A DNA stretch of 64,000 bases, taken from NCBI GenBank assembly GCA_963709665.1, contig CAVPWU010000011.1, forward strand, positions 243,416-307,415, written 5' to 3'. Shown here piece by piece: positions 16,316 to 24,568 of this stretch. The notes below the pieces were generated by a model that saw only the letters and a program-made list of their open reading frames with translations, searched no databases and was not told where the DNA came from. The translations under genes were made by a program, and so were the position numbers. The DNA is from an uncultured Actinomycetota bacterium. Lineage in GTDB: Bacteria > Actinomycetota > Acidimicrobiia > Acidimicrobiales > RAAP-2. Position 1 is the first letter of the stretch; every line of letters begins with the position of its first letter.

Positions 16316-16517
16316 GCCCATCCTCGAGCTGACGGATTGGGATCGTCTGATCGCTGAGAATCCTGTTCTCAACCCAACTTTCAACCCAACAATTGCGTCT
16401 CAGCGTGTCACATCGCTCACCGCCCAGTTTCGAGGTCCGGTGGACCGAGGCGGTCGGACCTGGGAAAATGAGCCGGGCCGGGACGAGGTGTGACCTTGCG
16501 CGATTCTCGAGAGTCCT

Positions 16518-16559
16518 CTTGTAATCGTCAGGTCGTGGGTTCGATTCCCACCGCCGGCT
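16518..16559 (+). tRNA. Orphan 3' half of a tRNA-Thr(UGU)-like gene. It is not an intact tRNA and is probably an att-site remnant.
   Basis: The parts in order are CTTGTAA (anticodon loop, TGT), TCGTC, AGGTC (variable loop), GTGGG-TTCGATT-CCCAC (T arm), CGCCGGC (acceptor 3' strand) and T (discriminator). No GCCGGCG 5' acceptor strand, D arm or pairing 5' anticodon stem lies upstream. Confidence 0.6.
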
Positions 16560-16650
16560 CGCTGTCATCTCTCAAGAGATAGGCAACATCCGAACCCACG
16601 GCCTCACGAATTCCGGGGGCCGGCCGGGACCCCGGGGCCCCGGCGGCGGG

Positions 16651-17004
16651 TCACGGTGTGTCGATGGCCTCCCGGAGTGCGGCCAGGCGGTCACGGTTCA
16701 GCGAGTACCAGACCCAACGACCCCGCTTCTCGCCCTGGATGAGGCCGGCCTGGCTCAGGATCTTCAGGTGGTGGGAGATGGTGGGCTGCGACTTGCCGAG
16801 CGGGTCGACGAAATCGCACACGCACACCTCACCGCCGGAGGCGTCCGCCAACATGCTCAGGACCCGGAGCCGGACCGGGTCGGACAGCGCGCTGAACCCG
16901 GCAGCCAGCTCGGCGGCATCGGCCGCGCCCAGAGGGGCGGAGAGGACCGACGGGCAGCACCGGTCGACTGACCGGACCTCCGGTGCGGAGGTCGTCTCGG
17001 GCAT
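16651..17004 (-). CDS. ArsR/SmtB-family metalloregulator.
   Basis: The signature is LSDPVRLRVLSMLADASGGEVCVCDFVDPLGKSQPTISHHLKILSQAGLI. The start is taken at MPETT (17004). Confidence 0.85.
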   Translation of the reverse strand: MPETTSAPEVRSVDRCCPSVLSAPLGAADAAELAAGFSALSDPVRLRVLSMLADASGGEVCVCDFVDPLGKSQPTISHHLKILSQAGLIQGEKRGRWVWYSLNRDRLAALREAIDTP

Positions 17005-17016
17005 CTGATCAACCTT

Positions 17017-17038
17017 CCCATTGACGAACGTGAATGGG
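17017..17038. promoter_or_regulatory. Near-perfect 22-bp palindrome in the divergent arsR / cadI-like intergenic region, a candidate ArsR operator.
   Basis: In CCCATTGACGAACGTGAATGGG, 9 of 11 positions pair. Confidence 0.5.
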
Positions 17039-17086
17039 TCGATCATACTCGACGCATCGACGTCTGTGAATGTAATGGAGGTTCCC

Positions 17087-17575
17087 GTGTCCCGAGTCCA
17101 GCTGGCCCTCAACGTGGCAGACCTCGACGTGGCCGTCGACTTCTACTCCAAGCTGTTCGGCACCGGACCGGCCAAGCGCCGGCCCGGATACGCGAACTTC
17201 GCCATCGCCGACCCTCCCTTGAAGCTGGTGCTGATGGAGAGCACCGCCGGCCGGGGGCACGGCGTGGAAGGAGCCCTCAATCACCTCGGCGTCGAGGTGG
17301 CGACGGCGGGGGAGGTCGCCGAGGCGTCGGGTCGGCTGAGTGGCGGGGGCCTGACGACGGAGGTCCAGGACGCGACGACCTGCTGCTTCGCCGTCCAGGA
17401 CAAGGTGTGGGTCGAGGACCCGAACGGCGTTCCCTGGGAGATCTACACCGTGTTGGCCGATGCCCCCGCCGAGACCGGGATCGCCGGCGACGGATCGTGC
17501 TGTGTCCCCGAGACAGGCCGGCCGGACGACGTGACGGTGGGAACGACCCCGTCGCCGTCCACCGGCTGCTGCTGA
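17087..17575 (+). CDS. ArsI/CadI-family VOC (glyoxalase-fold) metalloenzyme.
   Basis: VSRVQLALNVADLDVAVDFYSKLFGTGPAKRRPGYANFAIADPPLKLVL...TTCCFAVQDKVWV closely follows the M. tuberculosis CadI sequence as I recall it. GGAGG lies 5 nt upstream of GTG 17087. Confidence 0.85.
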   Translation: MSRVQLALNVADLDVAVDFYSKLFGTGPAKRRPGYANFAIADPPLKLVLMESTAGRGHGVEGALNHLGVEVATAGEVAEASGRLSGGGLTTEVQDATTCCFAVQDKVWVEDPNGVPWEIYTVLADAPAETGIAGDGSCCVPETGRPDDVTVGTTPSPSTGCC

Positions 17576-17582
17576 GCCGCCG

Positions 17583-18320
17583 ATGAAGCGCACCGCCCTG
17601 GGGAGGTGCCTGGTTGCCGAGTTCCTGGGAAGTGCCCTCCTGGCGGCCGTGGTGGTCGGATCCGGCATCGCCGCCCAGAACCTGTCGCCCGGCGAGGCCG
17701 GCCTCCAGCTCCTCGAGAACGCCGCAGCCACCGCTGCCGGGCTCTACGCCATCATCCTGATGTTCGGCCCGGTGTCCGGTGGTCACTTCAACCCGGTGGT
17801 GTCGTTCGTCGACGCCGCCTTCGGTGGGGTGAGTTGGCGGACCGCCGGTGCCTACCTGCCGGCCCAGGTGGCCGGGTGCATCGCCGGGGCGGTGCTGGCC
17901 AACCTGATGTTCTCCAAGGCGGCGGTCACGTTCTCGACGCATCACCGGGCCACCCCCGCGCACTTCCTGTCGGAGGTGGTGGCCACGCTCGGCCTGATCG
18001 TGGTCATCTTCGCCCTGGCGCGGAGCGGTCGCTCCCGGAGTGCCCCGGCCGCCATCGCCGCCTACATCGGCGCTGCCTACTTCTTCACCAGCTCCACCAG
18101 CTTCGCCAACCCGGCCATCACCGTGGGTCGGACGTTCTCCGACACCTTCGCCGGGATCGCTCCGGCCTCGGTCCCCAGCTTCATCGCCGCCCAGGTCGTC
18201 GGCGGTGCGTTGGCACTGGTACTCATCAAGGTGCTCTACCCGGACATCACCGAGGCGGAGGCCGCCGACATCATCGTCCCCCACCGGACCGCCACCCCGA
18301 CCCTTGGAGGGCCGACGTGA
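17583..18320 (+). CDS. MIP-family (aquaglyceroporin-like) channel inside the ars cluster.
   Basis: Six hydrophobic segments. The two NPA-type boxes are HFNPVVS and ANPAITV. Confidence 0.9.
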   Translation: MKRTALGRCLVAEFLGSALLAAVVVGSGIAAQNLSPGEAGLQLLENAAATAAGLYAIILMFGPVSGGHFNPVVSFVDAAFGGVSWRTAGAYLPAQVAGCIAGAVLANLMFSKAAVTFSTHHRATPAHFLSEVVATLGLIVVIFALARSGRSRSAPAAIAAYIGAAYFFTSSTSFANPAITVGRTFSDTFAGIAPASVPSFIAAQVVGGALALVLIKVLYPDITEAEAADIIVPHRTATPTLGGPT

Positions 18321-18727
18321 CCGACACGCCCACCGTGCTGTTCCTGTGCGTCCACAACGCCGGCCGGAGCCTGGCCGCGCGCGTGCTGCTCGACCACTAC
18401 GCCGGGGGCCGGCTACGGGTCGAGTCGGCCGGATCGGAGCCGGGCGACCAGCTCGATCCCTCGGTCGTCGCCATCCTCCGGGAGCGCGGCCTCGACCCGT
18501 CCCGCGAGTTCCCGAAGCCACTCACCGACGAGACGGCGCGCCTGGCCGATGTCGTCGTGACGATGGGCTGCGGCGACGCCTGCGCGGTGTACCCCGGCAA
18601 GCGGTATCTGGACTGGGAGTTGGAGGACCCGGCGGGCAGGCCGGTCGCGGAGGTCCGACCCATCGTGGACGAGATCGACCGCAGGGTCCGAGGGTTGCTC
18701 GCCAGCCTCGTTTCGACCCCCACCTAG
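18317..18727 (+). CDS. arsC: Arsenate reductase of the low-molecular-weight phosphatase type.
   Basis: The P-loop is LFLCVHNAGRS, with MGCGDAC downstream. The GTG start overlaps the channel stop (GTGA at 18317-18320). Confidence 0.9.
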   Translation: MTDTPTVLFLCVHNAGRSLAARVLLDHYAGGRLRVESAGSEPGDQLDPSVVAILRERGLDPSREFPKPLTDETARLADVVVTMGCGDACAVYPGKRYLDWELEDPAGRPVAEVRPIVDEIDRRVRGLLASLVSTPT

Positions 18728-18871
18728 GTCGAGGGCCCAGGAGGGTCCTCCCCCGGGCGTCGGGCACGGGATCCGGTGCGTCCGCCGCCCGGGAGCGGCC
18801 CACCGACCCGCCGGTGGGCCCCCGGCCGGAACCCCCCTGGTCGGCGGTGGCTTCCGATCCGCACCGGCGGA

Positions 18872-18885
18872 GTGACCTTTGGCCC
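18872..18885 (+). promoter_or_regulatory. DosR-box-like 14-mer.
   Basis: GTGACCTTTGGCCC lies upstream of ATG 18913, which is 28 nt past the motif's last base (27 nt intervening). Confidence 0.5.
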
Positions 18886-18912
18886 TAGTGGTCGACCCGC
18901 CGACTCACGATC

Positions 18913-19515
18913 ATGAGGAGAGGAGAGTCCCACGACGAGGAGCGCTTCATGCAGGCTGACGGAACAGGTTCCACGGTCCAAGGGGCCGGACAGCGGAGGG
19001 CCGCCGACGAGGTGGCCGGCGACGAAGGGTTCGAGCGGGCACGTGACGGCCTCCGGGCCACCGGTGCCAGCGCGGAGACCCGTGAGCTGGTCGAACTCAT
19101 CGCCAACCACGGTGCCGAGGAGGGTGCGCTGCTGGCCACCTACGAGGAGCTGGCCTCGGAGTCGCCCGACGACGGTGTCCGGTACCTCGTCAACCTGATC
19201 CTCGAGGACGAACGGCGTCACCACCGACTCCTCACCGACCTCAGCAACGCCGTGGCCTGGAGCATGTTGGCCGAGCCGCCGGTCGCCACCGTGCCCCGGC
19301 TCCCCCGCTCCATCGACGGGCCACTGCTGGAGCAGACCCGCCGGCTGCTGACCTCGGAACGGGAGGACTTTCGGGCCCTCACCAAGCTCCGGCGGCGCCT
19401 GCGCCCCTACGCCGGCACCACCATGTGGGCGTTGGTGGTCGACCTCATGCTGCTCGACACCCAGAAGCACGCCCTCATCCTCGAGGCGATCGAGCAGTGC
19501 GGGAACGGTCGTTGA
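18913..19515 (+). CDS. Hypothetical protein with a ferritin-like / four-helix-bundle signature.
   Basis: 200 aa with LILEDERRHHRLL (ExxH). It is directly coupled to cydD (TTGA overlap). Confidence 0.55.
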   Translation: MRRGESHDEERFMQADGTGSTVQGAGQRRAADEVAGDEGFERARDGLRATGASAETRELVELIANHGAEEGALLATYEELASESPDDGVRYLVNLILEDERRHHRLLTDLSNAVAWSMLAEPPVATVPRLPRSIDGPLLEQTRRLLTSEREDFRALTKLRRRLRPYAGTTMWALVVDLMLLDTQKHALILEAIEQCGNGR

Positions 19516-21233
19516 GCCCACCGGCCACCGCCCTTCCGACCGCACCCGCCACCCCTGACTCCCCGTCCAGACGGGCGGGGCCGCTGGATCCCCGGCTCCT
19601 CCACTACGCCCGGGCCACCCGCCGCTTTCTGGCGGCGTCGGTGGTGTTCGGGACGGTGACGGCCCTCCTGCTCATCGCCCAGGCGTGGCTGCTGGCCACC
19701 GTGATCTCCGGGGCGTTCCTCCGGCACCGGGGACTGGGCGCCCTGGAGCGACCGCTGGTGCTCCTGCTGGCGGTGATCGTCGCCCGGGCGGGTCTGGGCT
19801 GGCTGACCGAGCGCACCGCCGCCCGGTCCTCGGCCTCGGCCAAGTCGGAGCTGCGCACCGCGCTGGTCGAACGGGTGGCCCTCCTGGGTCCGGCCGGCCT
19901 CGATGCCGAGGAGCCCGGAACGCTGGCCGTGCTGGCCACCAGTGGTGTCGATGCCCTCGACGACTTCTTCGCCCGCTACCTCCCCCAGCTGTTCCTGGCG
20001 GTCATCGTGCCGGTGGCCGTCCTCCTCGTGGTGGTGGGAATCGACTGGATCTCGGCGGTGATCATCGCCATGACCGTGCCCCTCATCCCGGTGTTCATGG
20101 CCCTGGTCGGCGCCTCCACCCAGGAGCGGATGGCCCGGCAGGCCGCGGTGCTCCAGCGCCTGGCCGGTCACTTCCTCGACGTGGTGGCGGGACTCCCCAC
20201 GCTGAAGGTGTTCGGGAGGGCCAAGGCCCAGGCCGCCACCATCCGCGACATCACCGGCCGCTACCGGAAGGCCACCATGGACACGCTGCGGGTGGCGTTC
20301 CTCTCCTCGTTGATCCTGGAGCTGCTGGCCACCATCTCGGTCGCCCTGGTGGCGGTGGCGGTCGGCCTGCGCCTGCTCGGCGGCCACCTGACCCTCGACA
20401 CCGCGCTCTTCGTGCTCATCCTCGCCCCCGAGGCCTACCTCCCGCTGCGCCAGCTCGGCACCAGCTACCACGCCAGCGCCGAGGGCATGCAGGCGGCCCA
20501 GGGTGTCTTCGAGGTGCTGGAGCGGCCACTCCCCCCGCGGGGCACCTGCACCGACGTGCCGGATCCCTCCTCGGCACGGATCTCCATCACCGACCTCGAC
20601 GTCACCTACCCGGGGCGGCTCCTCCCCGCCCTCCACGGCCTGTCGACCACCATCGAGCCCGGCGAGGTGGTGGCGGTGGCCGGTCCCAGTGGTAGCGGGA
20701 AGTCCACCCTGCTCGGCGCCCTGCTGGGCTTCGTCCCCGTGGGCGGGGGCCAGATCGACGTCGCCGGCGTCCCGCTGGCCACCCTGGACCCGGACGCCTG
20801 GCGGACGTCGATCGCCTGGGTGCCGCAGCGGACCCATCTCTTCGCCCGGACCATCGCCGACAACATCCGGCTCGGACGGCCCGACGCCACCGACCGGGAG
20901 GTGGCGTCGGCGGTGGCCGACGCCGGCCTGGCTCCGGTGCTGGCCCGCCTCCCGCAGGGACTGGACACCCGGCTGGGCGAGGGCGGGGCGGGCCTGTCCA
21001 CCGGCGAGCGCCAACGGGTGGCGCTGGCACGGGCCTTCCTCCGGGACGCACCGCTGCTGCTGCTCGACGAGCCCACCGCCAACCTCGACGGCGAGACGGA
21101 GCAGGCGGTGCTGGTCGCCGTGCGCAGGCTGATGGAGGGCCGGACGGTGATCATGGCGGCGCATCGACCCTCGTTGGTCTCCCTGGCCGACCGGGTCATC
21201 CACCTCGCCCCCGCGGTGGGGGTGGCCTCGTGA
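19512..21233 (+). CDS. cydD: Thiol-reductant ABC exporter subunit CydD.
   Basis: An N-terminal 6-TM domain is followed by an ABC ATPase (GPSGSGKST, LSTGERQRVALAR). The start is taken at TTG 19512. Confidence 0.85.
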   Translation: MSPPATALPTAPATPDSPSRRAGPLDPRLLHYARATRRFLAASVVFGTVTALLLIAQAWLLATVISGAFLRHRGLGALERPLVLLLAVIVARAGLGWLTERTAARSSASAKSELRTALVERVALLGPAGLDAEEPGTLAVLATSGVDALDDFFARYLPQLFLAVIVPVAVLLVVVGIDWISAVIIAMTVPLIPVFMALVGASTQERMARQAAVLQRLAGHFLDVVAGLPTLKVFGRAKAQAATIRDITGRYRKATMDTLRVAFLSSLILELLATISVALVAVAVGLRLLGGHLTLDTALFVLILAPEAYLPLRQLGTSYHASAEGMQAAQGVFEVLERPLPPRGTCTDVPDPSSARISITDLDVTYPGRLLPALHGLSTTIEPGEVVAVAGPSGSGKSTLLGALLGFVPVGGGQIDVAGVPLATLDPDAWRTSIAWVPQRTHLFARTIADNIRLGRPDATDREVASAVADAGLAPVLARLPQGLDTRLGEGGAGLSTGERQRVALARAFLRDAPLLLLDEPTANLDGETEQAVLVAVRRLMEGRTVIMAAHRPSLVSLADRVIHLAPAVGVAS

Positions 21234-23095
21234 GCACCCCGACCGGCCGGCCCCCCACCGGCGCCGGCGGGACGCCACCGGCCCCGGTGGGGCGGACCCT
21301 GGCGGTCACCCGCCCGGCGGTCCGGGGCATCGTGCTGACCTCGCTCCTGGGTGCCGCGGCGGTCGGTGCCGGCATCGGGCTGATGGGCACCGCGGCGTGG
21401 CTGATCTCCCGGGCGTCGCAGCACCCCAGCGAGGCAGCCCTCGGCGTCGCCATCGTGGGCGTCCAGTTCTTCGGGCTCTCCCGGGGCTTCTTCCGCTACG
21501 GCGAGCGCCTGACCGGTCACGACGCCGCCTTCCGACTCATCGCCGATCTCCGGGTGACCGTCTACCGGCACCTCGAGCGGCTGGCACCGTCGGGCCTGTC
21601 CGACTTCCGGAGCGGCGACCTGTTGGCCCGGATCGTCCAGGACGTCGACTCCCTCCAGGACCTGATCATCCGGGTGATCCCACCCTTCGCCATCGCCCTC
21701 GTCGCCGGTGCGGCCACCGTGGCGGTGATGTGGTGGATGCTGCCGGCCGCCGGTCTCATCCTGGCCGTGGCCCTCGTCCTGTCGGCCACCGTCGTCCCCT
21801 GGCTCACCGGGGCCCTGGGTCGCCGCCGCGAGGGCCGGTTCGCCGACCGCCGGGGTGATCTGGCGGTGTCGGTGGTGGACCTGATCGAGGGCGCCCCGGA
21901 ACTGGTGGCCTTCGGAGCCGCCCCCGCCCAGGTGGACGCCGTGCGCTCGGACGATGCCCAGCTCACCGCCATCGCCGCCCGGTCGGCGGGAACCGCCGGC
22001 GTGGGCCTGGCCCTCAACACCCTGCTGGCCGGGTTGGCCTGCTGGGGGTGCCTGGCGACGGGGGTGGCGGCCGTGTCCTCCGGTCGCCTCGACGGCGTCG
22101 ATCTGGCGGTCATCACCCTGATCCCGCTGGCCGCCTTCGAGCTGGTGGTCGGGCTGCCCGTCGCCACCCAGTCCCTCCAGAGGGCGCGGCAGGCGGCCGG
22201 CCGGGTGTTCGCGGTGCTGGACACCCCGGCCCCGGTCGGCGATCCGGAGCACCCCGACCCGCTGCCGGCCGCCCCCTACGACCTGCAGGCCCGATCGGTC
22301 TGGGCCGGGTACCCGGACACCGAGCTCTGCGCCCTCACGGGGGTCGACCTCTCGTTGCCGCCCGGGCGCCGGGTGGCCATCGTCGGGCCCAGCGGCGCCG
22401 GAAAGTCCACCCTGGCCGCGGTGCTCCTCCGGTTCCTCCCCACCCGGGCCGGGTCCGTCCGCCTCAACGGTCGCCCGCTGGACAGCTACCGGGCCGACGA
22501 CCTCCGGACCATCGTCGGCCTGGTGGGCCAGGAGGCGTACCTCTTCGACACCACCATCGCCGAGAACCTCCGGATCGGCCGGCGGCCGGCCACCGACGAC
22601 GAGCTGCGGGCCGTGCTCGACCGGGTGGGCCTGTCCGAGTGGCTCGGGGACCTTCCGGCCGGCCTGGCCACCGAGGTGGGCCGCCACGGCGCCCGTCTCT
22701 CCGGCGGCCAGCGCCAGAGGATCGGTCTCGCCCGGGCACTGCTGGCCGACTTCCCCATCCTGGTGCTGGACGAACCCACCGAGCACCTCGACCCGGTGGC
22801 CGCCGACAGCCTCCTCGTCGACCTCCTCGACGCCACCCTCGACCGCTCGCTGCTCCTCATCACCCACCGGTTGACCGGGCTGGAGTCGGTCGACCAGATC
22901 CTGGTCCTCGACCACGGCGAGGTCGTCGAGCAGGGCGCCCATGACGACCTGCTGGCGGCGGGCGGGCGGTACTCCGACCTCTGGTGGGAGGAGATGCGGA
23001 CCGAGCGGTACGCCGACGTCGAGGAGATCGAGCGGCGACTCCCCCGGCCGCCACACCCCGAGCTCATCAACCACGACAGGAGCACGACGCCATGA
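21230..23095 (+). CDS. cydC: Thiol-reductant ABC exporter subunit CydC.
   Basis: TMD plus ATPase (GPSGAGKST, LSGGQRQRIGLAR). GTGA overlap with cydD. Confidence 0.85.
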   Translation: MSTPTGRPPTGAGGTPPAPVGRTLAVTRPAVRGIVLTSLLGAAAVGAGIGLMGTAAWLISRASQHPSEAALGVAIVGVQFFGLSRGFFRYGERLTGHDAAFRLIADLRVTVYRHLERLAPSGLSDFRSGDLLARIVQDVDSLQDLIIRVIPPFAIALVAGAATVAVMWWMLPAAGLILAVALVLSATVVPWLTGALGRRREGRFADRRGDLAVSVVDLIEGAPELVAFGAAPAQVDAVRSDDAQLTAIAARSAGTAGVGLALNTLLAGLACWGCLATGVAAVSSGRLDGVDLAVITLIPLAAFELVVGLPVATQSLQRARQAAGRVFAVLDTPAPVGDPEHPDPLPAAPYDLQARSVWAGYPDTELCALTGVDLSLPPGRRVAIVGPSGAGKSTLAAVLLRFLPTRAGSVRLNGRPLDSYRADDLRTIVGLVGQEAYLFDTTIAENLRIGRRPATDDELRAVLDRVGLSEWLGDLPAGLATEVGRHGARLSGGQRQRIGLARALLADFPILVLDEPTEHLDPVAADSLLVDLLDATLDRSLLLITHRLTGLESVDQILVLDHGEVVEQGAHDDLLAAGGRYSDLWWEEMRTERYADVEEIERRLPRPPHPELINHDRSTTP

Positions 23096-24558
23096 CCACC
23101 GATCTGGCCCGTTGGCAGTTCGCCACCACCAGCATCTACCACTTCCTCTTCGTCCCGCTCACCATCGGGCTGGCCTTTCTGGTGGCGTTGCTCCAGACCA
23201 GCTGGTACCGGAACGAGAAGCCGGTCTACCGACGACTCACCCGGTTCTTCGGGACCCTGCTGCTGATCAACGTGGCGGTCGGGGTGGTCACCGGGCTGGT
23301 CCAGGAGTTCGAGTTCGGGATGAACTGGTCGGTCTACTCACGGGTGGTGGGGAACATCTTCGGCGGCCCGCTGGCCATGGAGGGCCTGTTGGCCTTCTTC
23401 CTCGAGTCCACCTTCCTCGGGCTGTGGATCTTCGGCTGGGACCGGCTCCCCAAAAAGGTCCACCTGGCCTGCATCTGGCTGGTGGCCGGTGCCACCATGC
23501 TGTCGGCCGCCTTCATCATGGCGGCCAACTCGTGGATGCAGCACCCGGTCGGCTACGTGATGAACGCCCAGCATCAGCCGGTGCTGACCGACATCTGGGC
23601 GCTCTTCACCAACCCGGTGTTCCTGTGGAGCTACGTACACGTCCTGCTGGCGTCGCTGGTCACCGGTGCGCTGGTCATGCTGGGCGTGTCGGCCTGGCAG
23701 ATCCGGCGCCAGCGCGAGGTCGAGGCCTTCCGTCGCACGGCGGTCATCTCGCTGATCGTCCTGCTGCCCACCATCGTGCTGGCCCTCTTCGTCGGGAGCG
23801 AGCTCGGGGTGATCGAGGGTACCTACCAGCCGATGAAGATCGCCGCCGCCGAAGCCCAGTGGAACACCTGCGACAGCCACTGCTCGTTCTCCGTCTTCCA
23901 GGTCGGCGGCGGCAACAACGACCAGACCCCCACCCAGATCTTCTCGATCCCCGGGTTGCTGTCGGTCCTGGCCACCAATCACCTGAACGGTGAGGTCCAG
24001 GGCCTCAACCAGCTCCAGGCCCAGGACGTCAAGAAGTACGGGCCCGGTGACTACATCCCCAACGTCTTCATCCAGTACTGGTCGATGCGGGTGATGGCCT
24101 ACCTGGCCGCCCTGGTCACGGCCTTCTCCCTGTGGGGTGTCTGGCTGCTGCGTCGGCACAAGCTGGAGCGGGCCCGGTGGTTCCTCCGCATCGCCCCCTG
24201 GGTGGTGGTGGTTCCCTTCCTCATGAACACCGCCGGCTGGATGCTGACCGAGAGCGGGCGCCAACCGTGGATCGTCCAGGGGCTGATGAAGACGGCCAAT
24301 GCCGCCTCCCCGTCGGTGACCTCCACCGACATCTGGATCAGCCTGATCGTCTTCGTGCTCCTGTACATCGCCCTGGGGGCGGCGGACGGCTACCTCATGA
24401 TCCACTACGGCAGAAAGCACCTGGCACCCGACCCCGATGACGGTGACGGTGACCGTGACCAAACCGACGGCGACCAATCCGACGGCGACGTTCCGACGTC
24501 AGGCGAACTCCCTTCCGATCCGGGCGAGGACGACCGCCTGCCCGCCCTCGTCTACTAG
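23092..24558 (+). CDS. cydA: Cytochrome bd ubiquinol/menaquinol oxidase subunit I.
   Basis: The N-terminus MTTDLARWQFATTSIYHFLFVPLTIGLAF... is canonical for CydA. ATGA overlap with the cydC stop. Confidence 0.95.
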   Translation: MTTDLARWQFATTSIYHFLFVPLTIGLAFLVALLQTSWYRNEKPVYRRLTRFFGTLLLINVAVGVVTGLVQEFEFGMNWSVYSRVVGNIFGGPLAMEGLLAFFLESTFLGLWIFGWDRLPKKVHLACIWLVAGATMLSAAFIMAANSWMQHPVGYVMNAQHQPVLTDIWALFTNPVFLWSYVHVLLASLVTGALVMLGVSAWQIRRQREVEAFRRTAVISLIVLLPTIVLALFVGSELGVIEGTYQPMKIAAAEAQWNTCDSHCSFSVFQVGGGNNDQTPTQIFSIPGLLSVLATNHLNGEVQGLNQLQAQDVKKYGPGDYIPNVFIQYWSMRVMAYLAALVTAFSLWGVWLLRRHKLERARWFLRIAPWVVVVPFLMNTAGWMLTESGRQPWIVQGLMKTANAASPSVTSTDIWISLIVFVLLYIALGAADGYLMIHYGRKHLAPDPDDGDGDRDQTDGDQSDGDVPTSGELPSDPGEDDRLPALVY

Positions 24559-24568
24559 GAGCGACACC

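Noticed and set aside
1-16559. A prophage.
   Set aside because: No capsid, portal, terminase, tail or lysis genes are recognisable. The content fits a degraded integrative island carrying recombinase elements rather than a phage.
16470-16561. Possible intact long-arm tRNA (Ser/Leu/Sec-like, ~92 nt), using the perfect 7-bp pairing GAGCCGG (16470-16476) with CCGGCTC (16554-16560).
   Set aside because: That pairing leaves two unpaired nucleotides between the T stem and the acceptor stem. No D arm or 5-bp anticodon stem with a 7-nt loop can be drawn in between. Only the 3' half (16518-16559) has tRNA architecture.
19407-23074. 623-aa and 822-aa minus-strand ORFs across cydD and cydC.
   Set aside because: They are antisense shadows of well-supported ABC transporter genes, with low-complexity Arg/Gly/Pro composition.
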